A stretch of 44,679 nt of DNA from assembly GCA_023394035.1 (NCBI GenBank), contig JAEXBK010000071.1:1-44679 (forward strand), given 5' to 3'. The notes below the pieces were generated by a model. That model did not search any database, was not told the origin of the DNA, and saw nothing but the letters and a program-made list of their open reading frames with translations. Position numbers and translations under genes: made by a program. Below, in pieces: positions 27,074 to 36,200 of this stretch; the stretch's first letter is position 1; every line of letters begins with the position of its first letter. Source of the stretch: Bacillota bacterium (GTDB lineage Bacteria > Bacillota > Clostridia > Peptostreptococcales > Anaerovoracaceae).

Positions 27074-29896
27074 TTATTTGCGTTCGATTTCTACCATGTG
27101 GAAGCATTCGATCACATCGCCTTCTTTGATATCGTTATAGTTTTCTATGCCGATACCGCATTCGTAGCTCTGGTTTACTTCCTTGGCATCATCCTTGAAT
27201 CTCTTGAGTGAGCTTATCTTGCCTTCGTGGATTACGATACCGTCACGAACGAGTCTTATCTGAGCATTTCTTACGACCTTACCTTCGGTTACATACGCTC
27301 CGCCTATTATGCCGATATTAGGTACCTTGAAGGTATTTCTTATCTCGACTTTTCCGAGCAGCTCTTCCTTGAATTCAGGATCGAGCATGCCCTTCATGGC
27401 ATTTTCAACGTCGTCTATGACATCGTATATGACTCTGTATGTACGTATTTCGATATTCTCTCTGTCAGCCATACTCTGAACAGCCGTACTCGGTCTTACG
27501 TTAAAGCCGATGATTACGGCTGAAGATGTACCTGCAAGCATGACATCGGATTCCGTTACCGTACCTACGCCCGTGTGTATGATATTAACCTTTACCTCGT
27601 TGTTATTCAGCTTTTCGAGTGATGCAACGAGAGCACCTATCGATCCCTGAACGTCTCCCTTTATGATGAGATTGAGTTCCTTGAGCTCGCCTTCCTGAAT
27701 CTGGCTGAACAGCTTTTCGAGAGTCGTGCTTGAATTTCTTGCGAGGACTTCTTCTCTCAGCTTGTTCTTTCTGTTCTCTGCGATTTCGCGCGCAATCTTG
27801 TCTTCCTTGACGGCATTAAATTCATCACCGGCCTGAGGGACCTCGGTAAGACCGAGTATTTCGACAGCCGTTGCCGGGCCTGACTTGTTGATAGTCTTAC
27901 CGCTGTAATCCGTCATAAGTCTTATTCTTCCCGAGCACGTTCCCGCAACGATGCTCTGTCCGCTCGAAAGCGTACCGTTTGTAACGAGAAGTGTCGCTAC
28001 AGGACCCTTTGCCTTGTCAAGTCTTGCTTCTATTACGGAGCCCATTGCAAGTCTGTTCGGATTTGCCTTAAGCTCAAGAACCTCCGCCTGCAGCAGTATC
28101 ATTTCGAGAAGGTTTATTATGCCATCTCCGGTCTTTGCAGATACAGGTACGGAAATTACATCTCCGCCCCATTCTTCTACGAGCACGCCGTGCTCTGTCA
28201 GCTCCTGCTTTACCCTGTCAGGATTTGCACTCGGCTTATCCATCTTGTTGATAGCAACGATTATCGGTACACCGGCAGCCTTTGCATGGCTTATTGATTC
28301 TATCGTCTGTGGCATTACGCCGTCATCCGCTGCAACTACAAGCACTGCAATATCGGTAACATGTGCGCCTCTTGCACGCATAGCCGTGAATGCTTCGTGT
28401 CCCGGTGTATCAAGGAATACTATTCTCTGACCCTTTATCTTTACTTCCGAGGCACCTATATGCTGAGTAATTCCGCCTGATTCCTGCGCAGTAACATTTG
28501 TCTTTCTGATAGCATCAAGCAGCGAAGTCTTTCCGTGGTCAACGTGTCCCATTACCGTTATGATAGGTGGACGAGGCTTAAGATCTTTCTCCTTGTCTTC
28601 AAAGAGTTCAAGACCTTCTTCGTTCGTTTCCTCTTCTACCTTTCCTATCATCACGCTTATGCCGAGATCCTCTGCAAGTATCATCACCGTATCCTCGTCG
28701 ATATTCTGGTTGATGTTAGCCATTATACCGAGCTTCATCAAAGTCATTATGACTCTCGATGTCGATACCTCCGTCTGTTCGCAGAATCCTGCAACGGTAA
28801 TAGGAACAGTAAGCACTATTGTTCCCTCAGGTACTACTATCTGCTGTTGTTCAGGCTCCGAATCCGTGTTTTTGTATTTTGCGTGCTTTCCCTTTGTCTG
28901 CTTTTCAAGTGATTTTCTTTCGAGCTTGTCAAATTTGCTGTGCTGCTTCTTATCGTATTTCTCAGACTGCTTCTTTCTGTCATCGCGCTTTGATGATTCA
29001 TTCTTAGTTGATATGCGCGGCGCATCGCCTGCAGGCTTTCTTGAACGATTGCCGTCCTGCGGACGACCTCCCTGACTCTGCGGACGACCTCCCTGCGGGC
29101 GTCCTCCTTGCGACTGTCTCTGCTGGCGTCCGTCTCTCTGATCGCGTGATTCGCGATTGTCCCTATCTCTTCTTTCGGACGTTCCTCGTCCTTCGTTTCT
29201 ATCCTTGAATTTTCTTTCAGGCTTTTCCGTATGCTCTCTCGGCTTCTTGTTATCGGCTGATTCTTTCAATGAAGGTTTATTCTCTGCTTTCTTAAAATGC
29301 TCTTCTTTTTTTGCTGTTTCCGGCTTAGTTTCAGGCTCAGTTTTTTTCTGCGATGCAGTTTTTTCGGCACTCTGCTTTTCCTGAATTTCTTCTTTTTTCT
29401 GAGACTCCTGTACTTTTTCTTCTACTTTTACTGCAGATTCCTTTTTTACTACAGATTCCTTGTCAGGTGCCTCTTTAGGTTCTTCCTTTACCTGCTTATG
29501 TTCAGGCCTATCCTCTTCCTTAACGATTTCCTTCTCAGGCGCTGCTTTTGATGCCGCCTTAGGTTCTTCCTTTAAGGATTCCTGATTTATTGCTTTTACT
29601 TCTTCAGGCTTTTCCTGCACATCATCTGACGACTTATTCTTGTTGTCAAGATATGCGGAATCCACTATAGGTCTTCCGATAGGAGGTCTTTTCTTTGGAG
29701 CTCCCGGTATATTTGAAGCGGCAAAACGCTGAGGTGCTCCTTCCTGCTTTCCTTCGTTTTTTATCTTGCTTATATCGGCATCCGTCAATGTGCTCATATG
29801 ACTTTTGAGCTCTATGCCTTGTTTTGCAGCCTTTTCTATCAGGTCCTTACTCGTTATATCGAGTTCCTTGGCAAGCTCATATACCTTTTTCGCCAT
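27074..29896 (-). CDS. infB: Translation initiation factor IF-2
   Basis: KVYELAKEL N-domain, GHVDHGKT, GGITQHIGA, DTPGHEAF, NKMD and SLKRFKDD. ATG 29896 follows GAGGT. Confidence 0.98.
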   Translation of the reverse strand: MAKKVYELAKELDITSKDLIEKAAKQGIELKSHMSTLTDADISKIKNEGKQEGAPQRFAASNIPGAPKKRPPIGRPIVDSAYLDNKNKSSDDVQEKPEEVKAINQESLKEEPKAASKAAPEKEIVKEEDRPEHKQVKEEPKEAPDKESVVKKESAVKVEEKVQESQKKEEIQEKQSAEKTASQKKTEPETKPETAKKEEHFKKAENKPSLKESADNKKPREHTEKPERKFKDRNEGRGTSERRDRDNRESRDQRDGRQQRQSQGGRPQGGRPQSQGGRPQDGNRSRKPAGDAPRISTKNESSKRDDRKKQSEKYDKKQHSKFDKLERKSLEKQTKGKHAKYKNTDSEPEQQQIVVPEGTIVLTVPITVAGFCEQTEVSTSRVIMTLMKLGIMANINQNIDEDTVMILAEDLGISVMIGKVEEETNEEGLELFEDKEKDLKPRPPIITVMGHVDHGKTSLLDAIRKTNVTAQESGGITQHIGASEVKIKGQRIVFLDTPGHEAFTAMRARGAHVTDIAVLVVAADDGVMPQTIESISHAKAAGVPIIVAINKMDKPSANPDRVKQELTEHGVLVEEWGGDVISVPVSAKTGDGIINLLEMILLQAEVLELKANPNRLAMGSVIEARLDKAKGPVATLLVTNGTLSSGQSIVAGTCSGRIRLMTDYSGKTINKSGPATAVEILGLTEVPQAGDEFNAVKEDKIAREIAENRKNKLREEVLARNSSTTLEKLFSQIQEGELKELNLIIKGDVQGSIGALVASLEKLNNNEVKVNIIHTGVGTVTESDVMLAGTSSAVIIGFNVRPSTAVQSMADRENIEIRTYRVIYDVIDDVENAMKGMLDPEFKEELLGKVEIRNTFKVPNIGIIGGAYVTEGKVVRNAQIRLVRDGIVIHEGKISSLKRFKDDAKEVNQSYECGIGIENYNDIKEGDVIECFHMVEIERK
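29056..29116 (-). repeat. Short in-frame tandem repeats in the infB linker, (QS)QGGRP x3
   Basis: CTGCGGACGACCTCCCTG occurs twice, plus a degenerate third copy; the peptide is QSQGGRPQGGRPQSQGGRPQ. Confidence 0.75.
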
Positions 29897-30224
29897 GAGA
29901 TACCTCTCTTTCTGATTGAATAAGGTCAATCTCCTTACAAATACTATCCGCAAAGCCTTTGTCGGTTATCCCGAAAATACCTTTGTCTATCTTCCCGGTT
30001 ATATGTGAAAGGTCTTCGGCTTTGCCGAATATCCTGTAATCAATTCCGTATGTTTTGCATTTGCTCATGAGTTTTTTTCTCGTGTTCTCACCCACATCCT
30101 CAGATATTATCACAAGCGACACTGCACGCTTTGGAATTTTATCGAGGCAGGCGTTGCTTCCCGTGATAAGATTCTTTGATCTTGATGCAAACCCAAGCAG
30201 CCCTTCTAATTTACTCTTTCTCAT
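29877..30224 (-). CDS. ylxQ: L7Ae/L30e-family RNA-binding protein YlxQ
   Basis: LLGFA, LVIISED, LSHITGK and GITDKGFA; lies between ylxR and infB. Confidence 0.88.
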   Translation of the reverse strand: MRKSKLEGLLGFASRSKNLITGSNACLDKIPKRAVSLVIISEDVGENTRKKLMSKCKTYGIDYRIFGKAEDLSHITGKIDKGIFGITDKGFADSICKEIDLIQSEREVSHGEKGI

Positions 30225-30495
30225 TTACTTCCCTTCTGATAGGCTCCAAATCGCCTTCGGTAAAGGATTTTTTAAAGGCTCTGTCAAATGCTCTCTTTTT
30301 TGTTGCCTTGGCGAAGCACTTGTCGTCTCTGCATATGTAGGCACCTCTTCCCGGTGCTCTTCCCGACTGATCCGGCAAAATCTCACCTGTCGGCGTGCAT
30401 ACAATTCTCAGAAGAGTCTTCTTGTCCTTTGACTCCATACACCCTATGCAGCGCCTCATCGGCGTATTATTATTCTTCGACCGTGACGATGTCAT
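30211..30495 (-). CDS. ylxR: YlxR family protein (DUF448, RNase P modulator RnpM); start approximate
   Basis: PMRRCIGC, KKTLLRIV and GRAPGRGAYIC; follows nusA. Confidence 0.9.
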   Translation of the reverse strand: MTSSRSKNNNTPMRRCIGCMESKDKKTLLRIVCTPTGEILPDQSGRAPGRGAYICRDDKCFAKATKKRAFDRAFKKSFTEGDLEPIRREVNEKE

Positions 30496-31555
30496 TTTCT
30501 TCAGAAACCTTTTCCTCTTCACCGTAATACTGGCTGTGGCTCTTTATATCGATCTTCCATCCGCTTACCTTTGCCGCAAGTCTTACGTTCTGACCTTCCT
30601 TACCGATTGCAAGAGAAAGCTGATAATCCGGAACTATAGCCGTAGCCATTCTGGCTTCTTCGTCAACTATTACTTCTTCAACCTTTGCAGGGCTCAAAAC
30701 GTTTGAAACCAGCTCGGAAGGATTCTCACTCCACGATATTATATCTATCTTTTCGCCCGCAAGCTCGTCTACGACGGCCTGTACGCGTGCACCCCTTGTT
30801 CCTACACATGAACCTACAGGATCTACATTTTCAAATGATGTTGCGACAGCGATTTTTGTTCTTGAGCCCGCTTCTCTTGCGATACCTTTGATTTCGACCG
30901 TTCCGTCCTGTATTTCCGGAACCTCGAGCTCAAAGAGTCTCTTTACGAGACCGGGATGCGAACGCGAAAGGAAGATCTGAGGTCCCTTCGCCGTGCGCTT
31001 AACATCCATGATATATGCCTTCAGTCTGTCGTTGACATTGAAATGCTCCGTTCTTACCTGTTCGTTTGCGGAAAGTATGCCTTCCGTGTTTCCGACATCC
31101 ATAAATATCGTATTTCCGCTCTTTCGCTGCACGATACCTGTAACGACCTCGCCCTGACGATCCTTAAAATCATCAAATACCATTCCTCTTTCCGCCTCGC
31201 GGATTCTCTGAACGACTACCTGCTTTGCAGTCTGTGCAGCAACTCTGCCGAAGTCCTCAGCCATTACCTGAAATTCGATATAATCCCCGGCTTCGTATCT
31301 CGGATCCAATTCTTTTGCATATTCAAGACTTATTTCCGTAGTTTCGTCATTGACTTCCTCTACTATATCCATGCTTGCAAGCACCTTCACGTCGCCCGTT
31401 TCTTCATCTACAGTTACGCGTACATTCTGAGACGTTCCGTAGCTCTTCTTGTATGCAGCAACGAGAGCTGCCTCGATAGCCTCTATCAGAAGCTCCTTGG
31501 AAATATGCTTTTCTTTTTCCAGCTGATCAAGAGCTTCTATAAACTCTCTGTTCAT
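30470..31555 (-). CDS. nusA: Transcription termination/antitermination factor NusA
   Basis: FGRVAAQTAKQ, S1 domain, LFELEVPEI, AREAGSRTK and LSLAIGKEGQNVRLA. Confidence 0.98.
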   Translation of the reverse strand: MNREFIEALDQLEKEKHISKELLIEAIEAALVAAYKKSYGTSQNVRVTVDEETGDVKVLASMDIVEEVNDETTEISLEYAKELDPRYEAGDYIEFQVMAEDFGRVAAQTAKQVVVQRIREAERGMVFDDFKDRQGEVVTGIVQRKSGNTIFMDVGNTEGILSANEQVRTEHFNVNDRLKAYIMDVKRTAKGPQIFLSRSHPGLVKRLFELEVPEIQDGTVEIKGIAREAGSRTKIAVATSFENVDPVGSCVGTRGARVQAVVDELAGEKIDIISWSENPSELVSNVLSPAKVEEVIVDEEARMATAIVPDYQLSLAIGKEGQNVRLAAKVSGWKIDIKSHSQYYGEEEKVSEENDIVTVEE

Positions 31556-31574
31556 TTTTGTTTACCTCCAGATA

Positions 31575-32048
31575 TTAAAATTCAAAAGTCAGATTAACTT
31601 TGGCATACTCTTTCTGTTCAAATATATGCTCAAGTCCGCCGTCATCAACTACAGTTATTTTGCCGTCATCAAAGCTCTTGAGCGTGCCGGTGATCAACTT
31701 GTTGCCGTTCACCGCTTTATAAAGCTTGACATCTACATTTCTTCCGATATATTCGGCAAAATGCTCCGGCTTCGACAATGTGCGTGAAAGTCCGGGCGAG
31801 CTGACCTCGAGATAGTAGTTATCGTCAGAAATAATATCCTCTGCATCGAGCTTTTCCGACATATATCTGCTTACCTTCTCGCAGTCGTCCGTACCCACAT
31901 ATGTTCCGTCTGTTTTGTCAACGTATATCCTCAGGAATTTTGCCGATCCTTCTTTTAGGAATTCGCAGTCATATAGTTTCATTCCGTTTTCCTCGAGGAA
32001 GGCGGCAAGAGCTTCTTCAACAAAGCTGATAATTTGTTTTGCGGTCAT
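31575..32048 (-). CDS. rimP: Ribosome maturation factor RimP
   Basis: LRIYVDK, DDCEKVSR and YYLEVSSPGL. Confidence 0.95.
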   Translation of the reverse strand: MTAKQIISFVEEALAAFLEENGMKLYDCEFLKEGSAKFLRIYVDKTDGTYVGTDDCEKVSRYMSEKLDAEDIISDDNYYLEVSSPGLSRTLSKPEHFAEYIGRNVDVKLYKAVNGNKLITGTLKSFDDGKITVVDDGGLEHIFEQKEYAKVNLTFEF

Positions 32049-32086
32049 AATACCTTGCTTTCTTAATTTTTGTCCTTACAAAATTT

Positions 32087-32111
32087 GAAGAGTGGGGAAT
32101 CCCCACTCTTC
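32087..32111 (-). promoter_or_regulatory. rimP/nusA leader hairpin (probable attenuator)
   Basis: Perfect stem GAAGAGTGGGG-AAT-CCCCACTCTTC between the promoter and the rimP start. A GAGTGGG..CCCACTC hairpin commonly precedes rimP in Firmicutes. Confidence 0.7.
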
Positions 32112-32135
32112 GGTAATAAAATATTGGCTTCGAAT

Positions 32136-32164
32136 ATATTATCACATTAAAACGATAATGTCAA
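32136..32164 (-). promoter_or_regulatory. SigA promoter of the rimP-nusA-infB operon
   Basis: TTGACA (32164-32159), 17-nt spacer, TAATAT (32141-32136) preceded by TGn. Confidence 0.7.
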
Positions 32165-32179
32165 ATCCCCAAAATGCAA

Positions 32180-32551
32180 CTACTTGTTCAGTGCATCGCG
32201 AATTTCCGTAAGAAGCTTAACCTCATCAGACGGCTCTGCCGGAGCTTCTTCTTCGGCTTTCTTAAAGCGGTTAAACTGCTTCATCATGATGAATATTACA
32301 AGCGATGTAAGTATGAACATTACAACTGCCTGAATGAAATTTCCGACCATGATATTTGCGCTTCCTACTGTAATTGCAATAGTTGAAAAATCTATTCCTC
32401 CGAGTATCATACCGAGAATAGGTCCGATAATGTCATCTACGAGCGATTTGATTATAGTAGCAAAGGCACCGCCTATAATAACGCCTACTGCCATCGCCAT
32501 GACATTTCCCTTAGCTATGAATTCTTTGAATTCGTTAAAAAAGTTTTTCAT
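32180..32551 (-). CDS. mscL: Large-conductance mechanosensitive channel
   Basis: EFKEFIAKGNV..AVGVIIGGAF, SLVDDII and LLTEIRDAL. Confidence 0.97.
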   Translation of the reverse strand: MKNFFNEFKEFIAKGNVMAMAVGVIIGGAFATIIKSLVDDIIGPILGMILGGIDFSTIAITVGSANIMVGNFIQAVVMFILTSLVIFIMMKQFNRFKKAEEEAPAEPSDEVKLLTEIRDALNK

Positions 32552-32596
32552 TTGTGTTCCTCCTGATAATAATCTTTCAATAACCTTTTTCTTTTG

Positions 32597-32625
32597 ATTG
32601 TAGTCCTAAAAACGCATAAGTGCAA
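32597..32625 (-). promoter_or_regulatory. SigA-type promoter for mscL
   Basis: TTGCAC, 17-nt spacer, TACAAT. Confidence 0.65.
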
Positions 32626-32632
32626 GCCTTAA

Positions 32633-32965
32633 TCATTCATCGTCATATTTGATGTAATCAAAGAAAAGTCGCTTTGCCTTTACTACAGACTCTCTGCTAA
32701 GGAAAAGCGTTCTTCCGTCATCAAAGACCACGCCTTCGTTTCTTATGCTACGCACTCTGTCCATATTGATGTAGCAGCTTTCCAAAATCCCGGCAAAGCG
32801 TTCATCAAGATGTTTTACAACGGTATTCATTCTCTCGTAAAAGACAAAATCCTCTTCCGCAGTCATCAATACCCTTCGTTTGTCTCTAAGCACATAGAGA
32901 ATTTCTTCGAGCATAACCTTAGCAATTTGCTTATTATTTCTTACAACTATATACCCCTCTTTCAT
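32633..32965 (-). CDS. Stand-alone LytTR DNA-binding domain protein
   Basis: EEILYV..KRRV, LDERF, SCYINMDRVRSI and VFDDGRTLFLSR fit the LytTR fold; no receiver domain; RBS GGAGGT. Confidence 0.8.
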   Translation of the reverse strand: MKEGYIVVRNNKQIAKVMLEEILYVLRDKRRVLMTAEEDFVFYERMNTVVKHLDERFAGILESCYINMDRVRSIRNEGVVFDDGRTLFLSRESVVKAKRLFFDYIKYDDE

Positions 32966-33061
32966 TGCTCAAACCTCCCAAATTAATCTCTCCGCTAAGT
33001 TTACAATGAAAAACATGCATAATGTGTCAGAATTTTCGACATTTATATGCTGAAGCCCTAC

Positions 33062-33104
33062 CGCAAAAGCAAATACCGACCATATGGTCGGTATTGCTTT
33101 TGCG
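33062..33104. repeat. 43-bp near-perfect palindrome (possible polC-operon terminator or operator)
   Basis: CGCAAAAGCAAATACCGACCAT/ATGGTCGGTATTGCTTTTGCG with one bulged A. Confidence 0.8.
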
Positions 33105-33233
33105 ATGTTTTATTAGTTTAAGAAAGAACGTTTCAAAAGATCTACTTGCTCTGCTCTTTTGACATTATCATTATATTTGAGTAATGTGTCGTTATTGTAA
33201 AGGATTCTTATCGATGCAGTGTAAATATAAAGT

Positions 33234-36200
33234 CTACATTGAAAAGAAGCTCAGCTGATCGGTCTCAGGCAGCCCGTCGAAAATCCCCTGCTCCCTAAGC
33301 GCTTCAACCGCCGTCTTATTCAGCTTTGCTCTTGTTATGGCATCCTCTACCGTATCAAAAGGCTTCTCGCTGAACGCGGATGCAAGAGCTGTTGCCGCAG
33401 CTTCTCCCACGCCTTCGAGAGCACCGAACGGTAAGATGACCCTTCCGTCCTCTACTCCGAATTTTAGCGCTGAGGATATGCCGAGCTTCGGCTTCATAAA
33501 TTCGAAGCCTCTCGAATACATTTCATATGCAACCTCATATACGAATACCCTGTTTTGTTCCTTCGGGGTGGCATTATCTCCTCTTGCAATGATGTCTTTG
33601 ATCGTGTCCATACAAGAGTCCTTGCCTCTTAGTATAGTATTTGCATCAAAGTCAGCGGCAACCGACGTGAAGTATGTCGCATAAAATTCCTTCGGATAAT
33701 ACACCTTGTACCAAGCCATTCTGAATGACATCATCGTATATGCAACCGCATGAGCTCGCGGGAACATGTACTGAATCTTGATACACGAATCTATATACCA
33801 GTCAGGTACATCGTGCTCCTTCATCACTTTTAGCTGTTCTTCCTTAAGAGGTCTGTTCTTTCTTACGTCCTCCATTATCTGGAACGACGTCTTGTTTTCG
33901 ATGCCCTTAAGTATAAGATAGTTCATTATGTCGTCACGCGTAGAGATAACCTCTCTCATCGTAGCCGTTCCCGAAAGGATATAATCCTGAGCGTTGTTTC
34001 TCCATACATCCGTACCGTGTGAAAATCCCGATATTCTGACAAGGTCGGCAAAGCGTTCCGGCTTTATGTCATCCAGCATCTGCCTTACAAAAGGTGTACC
34101 GAATTCAGGTATCGCATATGTTCCGTGAGTGAACTTATAGTCCTCATCCTTGACAGCAAGTGCTTCGATACCGTTGAAAATGCTAAGTACCTTTCTGTCC
34201 GTCAAATCTATATTAAGCGGATCTACACCCGTCATATCCTGTAGCTGTCTTATCATCGACGGTACATTGTGTCCGAGTATATCAAGCTTAAGAAGGTTCT
34301 CGTCTATCTTGTGATAGTCGAAATGTGTCGTGATGATATCTGAGCTCGAATCGTTTGCCGGATGCTGTACAGGGCAAAATTCGTATATCTCATGATCCTC
34401 CGGCAGTATTACTATTCCTCCGGGATGCTGCCCCGTCGTTCTTTTGACTCCGCCGCAGCCCTGCTTAAGTCTTTCGACCTCGAACTTGCTGACCGGGATA
34501 TTTCTTTCCTCGCAGAATTTCCTCGCATATCCGAATGCCGTTTTTTCCTGTATCGTACTTACCGTGCCCGCCTTGAACACCTTGTCTTCACCGAATATCT
34601 TACCTACGTATTTGTGTGCCGTCGACTGATATTCTCCTGCAAAGTTAAGGTCTATATCGGGCTCCTTATCCCCGTTAAATCCGAGAAATGTTGCAAACGG
34701 TATAGTAAAGCCGTCTCTCTTCATTTCTGCTCCGCATACGGGACAGTTCTTTATCGGCATGTCCACTCCGCAATCGTATACCTGCATATCACCCCACTCA
34801 AGATGCTTACAATCCGGGCATACATAGTGAGGGTCGAGCGGGTTTACCTCTGTTATGCCTGCCATTGTAGCCGCAAGCGAAGAACCTACCGAGCCTCTTG
34901 AACCTACAAGGTAGCCGTCCTCAAGAGATTTTTTTACGAGCATCTGAGCGGAAACATACATTACGGAATAGCCGTTTCCTATTATAGAGTTCAGTTCTTT
35001 TTCGAGGCGTTCCGCAATTTCCTGAGGCAAAGGCTCTCCGTATATTTCGTGAGCCTTGTTCATGCAGCTTTCTCTGAGATTTGTTTCCGCCCCCTCAATA
35101 TGCGGAGGAAATTTTCCCTTAGGAACAGGAAGTATGTCAGACGATATCATGTCCGCAATTTTATTTGTATTTTCTATTACGACCTTTTTTGCCAGCTCTT
35201 CTCCGAGATATGAAAATTCATCCAGCATTTCATTCGTCGTTCTCATGTAGAGACCGCGTCCGTTTTCGGCATCCTTATAGCCCATGCCGGCCATTATAAC
35301 ATTTCGGTAAATCGCATCCTCCGGATCCGTATAATGGGAATCGGTAGTTGCTACGGTTGGTCTGCCTATACGATTTCCCGACTCTATTATACGCTTGTTA
35401 AACGCCTTAAGATCATCTTCTGATTTCACCATGCCGTGCTCTATCATAAATCTGTTATTTATGAGCGGCTGTATCTCAAGATAATCGTAATATGAAGCCA
35501 CTTTGTCGAGTTCTTCGTCAGCTGCACCGTGCAGCACAGCCTGATATACTTCCCCGGCTTCGCATGCCGAGCCTATTATAAGTCCCTCTCTGTGTGCATC
35601 TATGACAGAACGCGGAAGTCTCGGTTTTTTGTAGAAATAATTAAGGTGCGACATCGAAACGAGCTTGTACAGATTCTTGAGACCTTCCTGAGTTGCCGCA
35701 AGCAAAATTATATGAAAGGTCGGTTTTTTCTTGTAGTCGATACTGCCATCCTCCTGAATGCAGTCCGCATCGTCAAGGAGATAACCCTCCATACCGTATA
35801 TAAGCTTGAGCGGCGGCTCTTCATCCTTCCCCTGCAGCTTCTTGACCGCCTTTGCCGCATCCGGGAAGCTCTGTACCACGCCGTGATCTGTTATGGCAAT
35901 TGCTTTCTGCCCCCATGAAACGGCAGTCTTTACAAGGGTAGAAACATCGTTAAGTCCGTCCATTGAGCTCATTGTCGTATGGCAGTGCAGTTCAACGCGC
36001 TTATCACCCTGTACCGTATCCGTTCGCTTTGGAAGGCTCGACTTTTCGATGCCGTCGATCATTATTATCATTTCATTTTCAAATCGGTCCCATTCAACAG
36101 AGCCTTTGGCTTTGATAAAGTCCCCCTGCCTGATGTTCTCTGTGATTTCCTGCCACTTTTCTTCACTGACAAAGCTCTTAAGGCACATGCTGTCAGATCT

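Noticed and set aside
33110..33238. Open +1 frame running past the polC stop (possible frameshift extension)
   Set aside because: PolC already ends in the canonical clamp-binding-like QLSFF motif, and no start codon or slippery site is evident.
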